64,000 nt of DNA from a virus (lineage: Duplodnaviria; Caudoviricetes), in the IMG/VR virus record IMGVR_UViG_3300028886_000084, positions 7,715 to 71,714 of that record, one strand, 5' to 3'. The position numbers and the translations under genes were made by a program. Shown here in pieces: positions 27,270-35,902 of the stretch. Positions within the stretch are counted from its first letter, which is position 1. Each line of letters begins with the position of its first letter. A model generated the notes under the pieces. It saw only the letters and a list, made by a program, of their open reading frames with translations. It was not told the DNA's origin and did no database searches.

Positions 27270-27577
27270 ATCTCTTCATAGAGTCTCGTTCCTGATCCTC
27301 TTTTTTTCTTATCCAGCTCATCCGTGTAATCGAAGAAACTCTCAAGATCATTCTTGAAAGGGGCGCTTTCCACATAGGAAAGAACTCTGATGAATACAGC
27401 ATCGATGTTGTTACTTGTATTCTTTACAACATTCCCTTTTTCATCGATGGAGAACATCAAATTAGCGATCTTGTTGTCCCTTTCCCTCTGTGCCCTGAGC
27501 GTAGGCTCCATCATCTCGATGAATCCTTCTCCGCCGTATTTCTTCAGGTCGATCAATATAGGCTCATCCATGGTCAT
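27185..27577 (-). CDS. tail assembly chaperone (G-like)
   Basis: Lies between tail tube and tape measure. Confidence 0.7.
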   Translation of the reverse strand: MTMDEPILIDLKKYGGEGFIEMMEPTLRAQRERDNKIANLMFSIDEKGNVVKNTSNNIDAVFIRVLSYVESAPFKNDLESFFDYTDELDKKKRGSGTRLYEEMCAVVEKIDRGEQSPSADSPAAENGSSA

Positions 27578-27581
27578 TCTA

Positions 27582-29270
27582 TCACCTTACAGCCACACGC
27601 AGATAACCTGTTGTGATAACCGGTGTGCTACCAGAGGTATCTTTCTTCACGATGAAATAGTAATCGGTCCTGATGATCTCAGGGGTGCCTGTGATCTGCG
27701 GGAATATGTCGTCGCCCGATTTAGCGGTCTGTACGGTCAGCCCGCTCATGCCGGATCCTGCATTCGTGAGCTGTTTCGGAATGAGGTTGTCGAGCATGTA
27801 TGTATCAGCAGCTGCATCCCCGGTAGCTCCTGAAACATTGAACATCGACACATCTTGGACAACTACGAATCCCCTCAGGTCCCCATGTGTACTGCTGTTG
27901 AACGATATCGTCGAAGTCGGCACTGTATTGGACTGTGCGATGTCGATACTTCCGAGTATGGCTCCGGAGTATCCGGTCACGGGTATCTTGAAATCGATCG
28001 CTTCTGAAGTGACATCGGTGATCGCAGCCTGTGTGAATTTGGCCATCTGTCCGACGAAATCATCCGTCGGTCCGTTGTATTCATCGCTGGAATCCCAGAT
28101 GTATTGTTTGCTGTTCTTTATGCTGATGATGATCTCATCGCATTCCACACTTGACAGGGAGTCCTGCAATTTGGATCCGTCCCCTTTGGGTGTCGTCGTG
28201 CTCTTGACGGTCGAATTGATGGCCTGTATGCGTACAACGTGGCTGGAGGCGTTATATGCATTGACGATCGACTCCTGGTAATCCTGCGAATACTGGTCAC
28301 GCACCGATTCATCATATGTGATGAAATTCACGAATTCCAGCGGCGCAAGATTCTTCCCCATGGGCTGACGTGAGAACGATCTGCCGTTGTCTGTGACCTT
28401 GAGGCTAGTTCCGACCTTGGGATTGACCGTTCCTCCGCTGTTGGGCAGAAGTTTGAATTTCCTGGTGGGGTCGTTCATGTACGCGGTGGCATTCCATGCG
28501 AATGTCGTCCTGTCCTCAAAATAATCCGTGGCGATCGGAGAACAAGTGCTGTATACCAGCGAAACACTGGTCTCGATGTTTATGCTATGGCTGTCCACCT
28601 GTTTGATGGCATCTGTATCGACAGGATCGGCGTGAATCCCGAGATACATGCATGAATACTGTGTCAACGGGGAAGCATTCTGTGTGAAGAGTGAACCTAT
28701 GTTTCCTGTGTCGTTGAGCGATGTGATCTTGTCCGCAAAGACTCCGGACATTTCGACGGCCATCTGACTCCCGGATGTGGACCTTGCCAACTGCAGGTTC
28801 CTGGCCAGCACACCCTTGTAGATGGTCTCTTCGTCATAATGTCCTCCGGCGATCTTGTTAAGGATACGTTCCTTGATGACGTATGACTGCTGCCGCTTGT
28901 TATTGAGCTTTCTGAATCTGTGCTCGTAGACGTTGGTGTCGGCGGTATTGAAGTTCGCATATTGTTTGTTGGTGGTGTTCTGTGTGCCATTGGGTTTGGC
29001 GGCATCATCCTCCGTATCAAAGATGATGGAAAGGAACTCAAGATGTTCAAAATCCATGACGTAGGATGCATTCCATGATCCTTGGAATGACCCATAGATG
29101 CTGTTCTGCCTTATCTTGGCGCCCGTTCCGTAAAGGGATGTTGCCTGAGTGCTGCTGCTGGTGGACATGTAGAATCCCTGCGGAACTACATACCATTTAT
29201 CGTTCTTGGGAAGCCCTGATCCGAAAGTGGTCTCGGGGGCGATGAGATATGACTTGCGTATTGCGGTCAT
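27582..29270 (-). CDS. major tail tube protein with C-terminal extension
   Basis: YLIAPETTFG N-terminal motif, GSWNASY, TTFAWNATAY; strong SD; own TATA box. Confidence 0.75.
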   Translation of the reverse strand: MTAIRKSYLIAPETTFGSGLPKNDKWYVVPQGFYMSTSSSTQATSLYGTGAKIRQNSIYGSFQGSWNASYVMDFEHLEFLSIIFDTEDDAAKPNGTQNTTNKQYANFNTADTNVYEHRFRKLNNKRQQSYVIKERILNKIAGGHYDEETIYKGVLARNLQLARSTSGSQMAVEMSGVFADKITSLNDTGNIGSLFTQNASPLTQYSCMYLGIHADPVDTDAIKQVDSHSINIETSVSLVYSTCSPIATDYFEDRTTFAWNATAYMNDPTRKFKLLPNSGGTVNPKVGTSLKVTDNGRSFSRQPMGKNLAPLEFVNFITYDESVRDQYSQDYQESIVNAYNASSHVVRIQAINSTVKSTTTPKGDGSKLQDSLSSVECDEIIISIKNSKQYIWDSSDEYNGPTDDFVGQMAKFTQAAITDVTSEAIDFKIPVTGYSGAILGSIDIAQSNTVPTSTISFNSSTHGDLRGFVVVQDVSMFNVSGATGDAAADTYMLDNLIPKQLTNAGSGMSGLTVQTAKSGDDIFPQITGTPEIIRTDYYFIVKKDTSGSTPVITTGYLRVAVR

Positions 29271-29327
29271 ACCTTCACCTCATTGAAAATAGATTGACAT
29301 GTCATGCGTGTAAAATAGGCATATATC

Positions 29328-29335
29328 TATTTAAA
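29328..29335 (-). promoter_or_regulatory. TATA box upstream of tail tube gene
   Basis: TTTAAATA on the minus strand. Confidence 0.55.
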
Positions 29336-29343
29336 ACGGAATA

Positions 29344-29907
29344 TCAGAACGGCTTCTTCCAATCATCGTCATGGTCATCCGTTCCCTGCGGAACAGGTTT
29401 CGGATATTTGGAATTGATCTCCGCCCCGAATCCGGGGCTGAAGATCGGTCTGCAATAGGAGATCAATTTCAGGTCGATCGTGGCTGAATACCATCCCAGC
29501 TCTCCTTCATCGAGGTGATGGGATATTATCTCGAAATACGTGTATCCGTTGAGTTGTTTCGGGCCTGCACGTCTGTTGCCCAGCAGGATGCGGTATATCT
29601 CACGGATGGTCGTGTAAAGCTGTTTCCTGAATGGACAGGAGACCTTGATCCCGAGGAATGTCGTGGCCTGCGTCGTGCGATAATCGGTGGATGAGATGGA
29701 ATTGTATCCGCTGACGTGGTAAACGAAGATATAGGCCTGTCTGGCATCTGCATAAAGACCTTGCTGGTCATAGGATATCACAGGTCTTTGCGTGAGCCCG
29801 AGCGACCATTCCCTCTTCAGCATGTCCGTGACCATCGCCACGTCATCCGGGAAGAAGTCCTCTTCGGGTTCCGCCTGGTCATATCCGTCCCCGTCATACA
29901 TCGGCAT
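29344..29907 (-). CDS. putative tail terminator / neck protein
   Basis: Position between adaptor and tail tube; size. Confidence 0.55.
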   Translation of the reverse strand: MPMYDGDGYDQAEPEEDFFPDDVAMVTDMLKREWSLGLTQRPVISYDQQGLYADARQAYIFVYHVSGYNSISSTDYRTTQATTFLGIKVSCPFRKQLYTTIREIYRILLGNRRAGPKQLNGYTYFEIISHHLDEGELGWYSATIDLKLISYCRPIFSPGFGAEINSKYPKPVPQGTDDHDDDWKKPF

Positions 29908-29911
29908 CCTA

Positions 29912-30733
29912 TCACCTCGTGATCATGCTGTGGACGGGACCGAGACGCTGATAGCTGGCCCTTATCTCCGCGATCTTCGCGTCGAAGTTACGGATCATCG
30001 ATTCCTTGATTCCGGCGATGTCTCCGCCCATTCCGACCTTGATCACCCAGAACTGCGTGTTGAGGATGTCCTTTGCAGTCATGAGTGCGCACATCGTCGA
30101 TATCGCATCGGGGACCTGTCCCTGCACCTCATATTCTCCGGCCCCTTTCGGCGGGACACGGCCGTAACGATAGGTGATCCTCACCGAATCATATTTGGGG
30201 GTATAACCGCCCCACATCGATCTTATCAGGAGCCTTCCCGCATCGTAGTCTATGGAGAAGCTGTCGACGGTGAGGTACATGTCGTTCTCACCTCTGGAGA
30301 TGTCCTTCCAGCCGCCCTGGAACATCCTTACCTCGATCTTGTCACCGGGGTAGATCATGTATGCGGGGTCATCCTCGTGTCCTTCCACATATATGGGGTT
30401 CGGATCCCACGGGCACACGTCCCTTCTGAGCTGGATGACGTTTCCGCCGGCCTTGTAATATTCGTCCCTCCAGAGCGAATCCTCATCCTGCCAGTATGTC
30501 CCGATGTCGTAGATCTTATTGAACTCGTAATTCACACGCCATGTCCTCTTCAGCGTACGGTCGATGATATCTGCATTGGTGTTCAGCCATCTGATGACCT
30601 GATTGCGTGTAGGGTGCGAAACGTTGGAGAACATCAGTGTGGAATCCGGATCTTTCGGATCGGGAAGATCCATCAATTCTGCGACAAGTTCGGGTGTCGC
30701 GTATGATTTAAGAGGGACGACGGCGGTGGCCAT
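29912..30733 (-). CDS. head-tail adaptor protein
   Basis: YATPELVAE, VRITYRYG, VPDAISTMCALMTAKD typical of gp6/gp15-like adaptors. Confidence 0.7.
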   Translation of the reverse strand: MATAVVPLKSYATPELVAELMDLPDPKDPDSTLMFSNVSHPTRNQVIRWLNTNADIIDRTLKRTWRVNYEFNKIYDIGTYWQDEDSLWRDEYYKAGGNVIQLRRDVCPWDPNPIYVEGHEDDPAYMIYPGDKIEVRMFQGGWKDISRGENDMYLTVDSFSIDYDAGRLLIRSMWGGYTPKYDSVRITYRYGRVPPKGAGEYEVQGQVPDAISTMCALMTAKDILNTQFWVIKVGMGGDIAGIKESMIRNFDAKIAEIRASYQRLGPVHSMITR

Positions 30734-30752
30734 GATGGTGTATATGTGTCAA

Positions 30753-30776
30753 GAGTATAAAAAAGGAAAGAGGTTT
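30753..30776 (-). promoter_or_regulatory. terminator/late-promoter motif AAACCTCTTTCCTTTTTTATACTC (copy 1)
   Basis: 23/24 identical to 59684..59707; contains TTTATA about 25 nt before the adaptor ATG. Confidence 0.65.
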
Positions 30777-31053
30777 AAAGGAACATCTCTACGATGATCT
30801 TGACATCTTCAAGCGTCTTGGGGAGAAAATAGAATCCCCCTGCGTCCTCCAATCTTCTTTGGAATTTCTTTTGGTCCTCGGATTGTCTTCCCCTGTATGT
30901 CTTGAACTCCAGCCCGATGAACAGACCGTTGATCACCGCGACCATGTCGGGGAAACCTTTGGTGGTGAACCTGCTCCCCTGTACATCCGCGTAGAAGATA
31001 CCTTTACTCTTCAAGTATTTTCGCGCGTTCTCTTTGACAGTAGCCTCGTCCAT
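30775..31053 (-). CDS. VRR-NUC domain nuclease (resolvase-like)
   Basis: GFPDMVAVING.FIGLEFKT..GRQSEDQ. Confidence 0.85.
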   Translation of the reverse strand: MDEATVKENARKYLKSKGIFYADVQGSRFTTKGFPDMVAVINGLFIGLEFKTYRGRQSEDQKKFQRRLEDAGGFYFLPKTLEDVKIIVEMFL

Positions 31054-31339
31054 ACATCTCCCCTGGCTGTCCGAAATCCTCAGGGCATCCGACCCAGACG
31101 TTCACGATGTCTCCGACGTTTATCTTGGTCAGACATATCGGCAGCGTGATACGTGCCGATTGTCCGGACTTGAAGAGTTTTGCATCGAATGAATAAGGGG
31201 GGCAGCCGCTGAGGTGCTGATCGCTCAGGATGACCACACGATAGACCTCGTTGATCTTCAACCCCCAATACCTGTACGGGATATTTATGATCTTAGAGGT
31301 GTTGGCCTTCCTTACGATCGCTGTACAGCTGCCCGCCAT
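31004..31339 (-). CDS. tandem AbrB/SpoVT-like DNA-binding protein
   Basis: Two half-repeats: RKANTSKIINIP...VYRV and FKSGQSARITLP...IVNVWV. Confidence 0.55.
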   Translation of the reverse strand: MAGSCTAIVRKANTSKIINIPYRYWGLKINEVYRVVILSDQHLSGCPPYSFDAKLFKSGQSARITLPICLTKINVGDIVNVWVGCPEDFGQPGEMYGRGYCQRERAKILEE

Positions 31340-31344
31340 CGGTT

Positions 31345-31863
31345 TCACTCCGTGAAGAACTGATCCTGCTGGCCGTTCTCGTCGACGTGTGTCGAGTAAT
31401 CCTCGACGATGTCCTTGGTGACCGGCTGGATGGTGTCGGGGTTGATCACAGGGTAGAGTCTGACATCGGACACGCCCTTGGCGGCCATGTCCTCTTCCCA
31501 TCTCTTCTTGTCCTGGAACGAAGGCTCCAGTGTGATCGTTGCGAGGAACACGCATCCCGCCATCTCGTCCGCCTGCAGAACGGTCTTGTATCCACTGCAT
31601 GCATATCCGAGTGCGTTCAGCCACTTCAGTCCGAAGAAATTGGTCGATCCGTCGTTCTTGGTCAGTCTCTGGAAGATCTTGAATGACCCGCCTGTCTCGG
31701 ACAGACTCGTCATGTCGAAGACGTACTTCTTCGTCTCGGGGTCATATTCTGCGTTGTCGATGTAGATGTACTGCTCGCCTGCTTCAACTGTCTTGAACTG
31801 CGGTCTGTAATCATCTTCGTTCTTGTTGCTCCATTCCCATGTTCTTGGTTTCACTTTATTCAC
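31345..31863 (-). CDS. putative ssDNA-binding protein (DUF669-like OB fold)
   Basis: Adjacent to YqaJ/ERF; size and acidic aromatic C-terminus. Confidence 0.55.
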   Translation of the reverse strand: MNKVKPRTWEWSNKNEDDYRPQFKTVEAGEQYIYIDNAEYDPETKKYVFDMTSLSETGGSFKIFQRLTKNDGSTNFFGLKWLNALGYACSGYKTVLQADEMAGCVFLATITLEPSFQDKKRWEEDMAAKGVSDVRLYPVINPDTIQPVTKDIVEDYSTHVDENGQQDQFFTE

Positions 31864-32953
31864 CTTCTTGGTTTTCTTCTTTAACAGGTTTCAATGAAAA
31901 TGTTTGTATCACTTTTGTGACCGTGTATTTTGCAGGATCGATACCGTCCTTCTCCAGGAGTTTCTTGTCGATCGATGTCCTCTTGGATTCGGTGATCGTT
32001 GCCTCGAACCTGCCGGAGGTGGTCCCCATGTTGTTACGTTTGTTCGTGACCATGAAGTCCTTGATCCTGTTCCTCAGCAGTTCCCTCTCATCCTGCAGCT
32101 CCTTCAGCGCAGCTTCCTTCTCTCCAAGCTCCTGTTCAAGCTCTTCCAGACGGTCGATGTCTGCCTGCACCTGCGGGTCATCCGACGTGATGTTCAGCAG
32201 GTGGTTCCACATGTCCAGATCACCGGTATTGGTCGGGTCGAAATCCGGGGTCTTTCCTCCGACGACGAACTCCTTATACCACTCGATGGCCTTGTCCAGC
32301 ATGTCATGCACCTTGGCATCGTCGATGGGCATCTCGAAGAGGAACACGTTCTTGTCCGAACCTTCCCATGATGACGGGTCCTTGCGGGTGTCATCGTCCA
32401 CCAGACAGACTGCGACGTATGCCTTGTCCTTAGGGGTCGGGAGGAAGTGGTTGTACAGTTCCACCTGCACCCTGTAGTAGTCGGGGACGCCGTCCGCCCA
32501 TGATGCATAGTTGGATGTGGTCTTGATCTCAAGGATATATCCATCCTTCAAGTCGATGCTGGCATGTTCGTCGTTGAAGACCATCCCGTCCATCCTTCCG
32601 GCGAACCACGTGTCATCGAAATCGGACTTCCACTGATCGTGATCGCCCTCCTGCTCTCCGAACAGGACCTTGGCGGGGATGAACAGCCCGTATTCCGGAT
32701 ATCTCTCTCCGAGATATTCGATGATGGGCGTTTCGAGCGTCTTTCCGATCTCGATGGATTGTTTTCCATCCAGATCTTCCTTGCAGATGCCCATCAGGTT
32801 GCATGCCTGCTGGAAGGGGGTGTTGAACGGGGACATGTTGAATATCCCCGCCAATGTGGACCCGGACATCTTCTTGCCGAACTTCCCATCGGTCTCGATG
32901 TGCTGTCCGACGACGGAAAAGGCGACCTGGGGCTCCTTGTACTTCCTGTTCAT
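31856..32953 (-). CDS. YqaJ/lambda-exonuclease-family viral recombinase
   Basis: SGSTLAGIFNMSPF, GKTLE, AGRMDG, LEIKTT, YYRVQVELY. Confidence 0.85.
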   Translation of the reverse strand: MNRKYKEPQVAFSVVGQHIETDGKFGKKMSGSTLAGIFNMSPFNTPFQQACNLMGICKEDLDGKQSIEIGKTLETPIIEYLGERYPEYGLFIPAKVLFGEQEGDHDQWKSDFDDTWFAGRMDGMVFNDEHASIDLKDGYILEIKTTSNYASWADGVPDYYRVQVELYNHFLPTPKDKAYVAVCLVDDDTRKDPSSWEGSDKNVFLFEMPIDDAKVHDMLDKAIEWYKEFVVGGKTPDFDPTNTGDLDMWNHLLNITSDDPQVQADIDRLEELEQELGEKEAALKELQDERELLRNRIKDFMVTNKRNNMGTTSGRFEATITESKRTSIDKKLLEKDGIDPAKYTVTKVIQTFSLKPVKEENQEGE

Positions 32954-33903
32954 TCCTTGACCTCGCGGTACTCGGTGAGGAACTTGATGATGTCCTTGTT
33001 GGACCCGATGTTCTTGTAGGCCTCTTTGACCTGGGCGTATTTCTCATCGGAGATCTTACCCTCACGGTTCGCCATCGACCATTTCTGGATCGAGCTGAAG
33101 AGAGGTTTCTTCTGGACCTCGGAGATCTTGGCACCGTACTCAGTGTTCATGCCCGGTGCGATCTTGCCGTCATCTGCTGCAGGTGCAGCTTCTGCGGGTT
33201 TCTCAGCGGGCACTTCCTTCTTGACCTTGGGTGCTGCAGGCTTCTTGGAGGCAGGCGGTGCTGCAACGGCCTCTTTGACGGTCTCTGCGGCCTCCTTTAC
33301 CTCTTCCGCGGTGGCCTCTGCCTCTGTCTTCACGGGCTCCTCTGCCTTCTTGGGCTTGGGTGCCGGCTTGGGTTTGACGGCGACCGCGGCGATCTTGGTC
33401 TTGATCTCCACGTTCTCCTCTTCTCCCTTGGGGATGTATGCACCGGTGGTGTCGTTCGTTCCGGCATCGGGATCGATCCCCTCTCCGATCTTGAAGTCTG
33501 CCAGAAGCCAGAGTTTCTGTGCATCGGTGGATGCTTTCTTGAGGGACTTGTCCCTCTGATCCATGCCCTCCCCGTAGTAGCGGTTGACCTCGGTCATGTA
33601 GCCGGTGTCGATATCCACATACCTCACGTGGAAGGATGCGACCCAGTGCTCCTCTGCTCTCTGTCCGAAAGGATCCATGCGCTTCGGCTCATCGAAACCG
33701 CACTCGAGCTCCAGGCCCACCTTGGGCAGAAGGGGTGCGAAATTACGGATGATCTTCTCACTCGTGATGTAGTCGACGCGCTTGCCGCCGAGCAGCATGA
33801 AACCATCTTTCTTCCAATCCTGCTGGAGAACAAGTTCTCTGAGTTTTGACTTCTTCTTGTATAACGCGGATCTCATCTTTACTTCTTCTTTATCGAATTC
33901 CAT
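32950..33903 (-). CDS. ERF-family single-strand annealing protein
   Basis: GEGMDQRDKSLKKASTDAQK...GIDPD; long Pro/Ala/Lys linker. Confidence 0.75.
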   Translation of the reverse strand: MEFDKEEVKMRSALYKKKSKLRELVLQQDWKKDGFMLLGGKRVDYITSEKIIRNFAPLLPKVGLELECGFDEPKRMDPFGQRAEEHWVASFHVRYVDIDTGYMTEVNRYYGEGMDQRDKSLKKASTDAQKLWLLADFKIGEGIDPDAGTNDTTGAYIPKGEEENVEIKTKIAAVAVKPKPAPKPKKAEEPVKTEAEATAEEVKEAAETVKEAVAAPPASKKPAAPKVKKEVPAEKPAEAAPAADDGKIAPGMNTEYGAKISEVQKKPLFSSIQKWSMANREGKISDEKYAQVKEAYKNIGSNKDIIKFLTEYREVKE

Positions 33904-33959
33904 GATTTTCCTCCGATGTATATGTGTATATCATAGTAGTATATGAATATGTTGTTTGA

Positions 33960-35312
33960 TTATATTTCATTTGATCTGAACCATGTTTCGACCATCTTGT
34001 CGGTCACCGAGACACCGCTCGTGACGCACCCCAATATCTTCTCCTCGATGGTCTTCGGCGTATAGAGATAGACGTACCTCATCTTGTTCTGCTGGCCGGG
34101 TCTCTCGATCCTCCTCATCGCCTGTTTCCAGTCACGTGAGGAATAACAGGGTTCGAACATCACCATGGTCGATGCTGCCTGAAGATTCAGACCGGCCCCG
34201 CCTGATTGATAATGACAGACGATTGCAGTATATTCCGGTTTATCGAAATCTCTCCACACCGGGCCGTTGGATCTGCCGTCGAATACCAACGTTCTTCTGC
34301 CAGCCTTCTCACAGGTCTCCTTACAGCGATCGATCGATGCCGTGAATGCGCAGAATATGACCACTTTGTCCTCGGTCCCCTGTAACAATTCTGTCAGGGC
34401 CTGTTCTTTCGAAGTGTTATATCTCCTGGTGCCTTTGTCGGTGATCAGTGATCCCGAGCATAGCTGACGCAATTTGGTCGCTATGGTCTTCACATCATCG
34501 AGATCGTATTCGAGGAACCTGTGTGCCTTCATGTCCTTATATGCCTTCTTCTCCATCAGTGGGCACGGTTGGGACAGTTCGGTAGCCTCCGGCAGATCGA
34601 AACAATCCCTCAGTCTCATGGCGATGGCGTTATCCAACATCAGTTTGTTGAGAGCTTTGATATCATATGCGGCTGGAGCTTTGTATTCTGTGTATGCGGT
34701 AACGTAACGTCTGCAGAAATCCGTCCAGTTCCTCCATATGTTCGGATGGAGGAACATCATCTGGCCGAAGAGTTTGCTGTAGTCGGCTCCGCCGGTCTGT
34801 GTCGAGCCGCTGACGGGCGTACCGGTAAGGATGTAACGGTGATGGGTGGTATTCGCCAAGGCCAATGCAGTCTTGGTCTGTACCGATGAGTGATTGCCGA
34901 TGCTATGCGATTCGTCGATTATGATCGCACCCCATGGTTTATCGAGTTCGGCCCTGACCTTCTTCTTCTTTAATTCTTCCTCATATCCATCGCGGTGCCT
35001 CACGGTCCTCCTCACGGTCTCATAGGTCTTCTGGAATGAACGGATTGTGACCTTTTCCTTGAGAAGTCTTCTGTCCTCTTCAGTCATATGGTCGAATTCC
35101 GTGCATTCATCGATGTCCTTCTCCCAATTCGGAACAAGGGATGCTGGACAGATCACTAAAGCATCATTTATCGAACCATCCTTCAGTGATTGTGCGATCC
35201 ATGTCAATGCGATGATGGTCTTGCCCGTCCCCGGCTCATAGAATATCCCCAGTTGCTGGTTATATTCCATACATGCAAGCGCATATATCTGGTGCTGTGC
35301 CAAGGTCTTCAT
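33960..35312 (-). CDS. SNF2-like SF2 helicase
   Basis: EPGTGKT, IIIDESH, LTGTP, GGAGLNLQ, RRIERPGQ. Confidence 0.9.
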   Translation of the reverse strand: MKTLAQHQIYALACMEYNQQLGIFYEPGTGKTIIALTWIAQSLKDGSINDALVICPASLVPNWEKDIDECTEFDHMTEEDRRLLKEKVTIRSFQKTYETVRRTVRHRDGYEEELKKKKVRAELDKPWGAIIIDESHSIGNHSSVQTKTALALANTTHHRYILTGTPVSGSTQTGGADYSKLFGQMMFLHPNIWRNWTDFCRRYVTAYTEYKAPAAYDIKALNKLMLDNAIAMRLRDCFDLPEATELSQPCPLMEKKAYKDMKAHRFLEYDLDDVKTIATKLRQLCSGSLITDKGTRRYNTSKEQALTELLQGTEDKVVIFCAFTASIDRCKETCEKAGRRTLVFDGRSNGPVWRDFDKPEYTAIVCHYQSGGAGLNLQAASTMVMFEPCYSSRDWKQAMRRIERPGQQNKMRYVYLYTPKTIEEKILGCVTSGVSVTDKMVETWFRSNEI

Positions 35313-35902
35313 GTTCTCGCCTCACTACGGATCTCGTCGAATCTCTCACCCAGATACTTGGGTGTGATGTTCCATTCTCCATAGATGTCGGGGAGATCAC
35401 TGACGTCGATTATGGATGCGTGGTCCCTCCCGTAACAGGATATGAACCAAAGATTGTCCAGATCGTTCGTACAGAAGATGAAGAACCTGGGACCGTCACC
35501 CTCGTGTCCGAACTTGGATTCGAATTTGGATCTGAAATGCGTCTTTCTGCCAAGCATGCAGTCATCTATGAGCTGACTCATCCTACTGATGTGTTTCGAA
35601 CTGTAATAACGTGAATACACGTCAAAGAAACAGTAGTCCCTGTCCTCCAGGCAGGCCATCATCATCTCATTCTTCGTCTGCCCGAAAGTCACGGCCGCGA
35701 CCCCTTTCTGTTCTTCTCTCAGATAGTCGGAGAATGCCTTCGCGAACAGGTCCGCATGGGCGCATTCCCCTTTGGTGTCCAATATTATGATTATGCGCCT
35801 GTCATAATCCTCGAGTGTCCTGTAGAATTCCCTCAGCAACGGAGCCTCTGTGTTGGAATAGGGTCTCAACGGCTCACCCCCACTGCACCAATCTGTTCTC
35901 AT
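35309..35902 (-). CDS. degenerate SF3 ATPase domain resembling CRESS/smacovirus Rep C-terminus
   Basis: LRPY..DRRIIIILDTKGE (Walker A eroded), FFDVYSR, IFCTN. Confidence 0.45.
   Translation of the reverse strand: MRTDWCSGGEPLRPYSNTEAPLLREFYRTLEDYDRRIIIILDTKGECAHADLFAKAFSDYLREEQKGVAAVTFGQTKNEMMMACLEDRDYCFFDVYSRYYSSKHISRMSQLIDDCMLGRKTHFRSKFESKFGHEGDGPRFFIFCTNDLDNLWFISCYGRDHASIIDVSDLPDIYGEWNITPKYLGERFDEIRSEART

Noticed and set aside
29792-33849. Long plus-strand ORFs (29792..30706, 32854..33849 and others)
   Set aside because: They are antisense shadows of well-supported minus-strand genes, with no motifs or SD.
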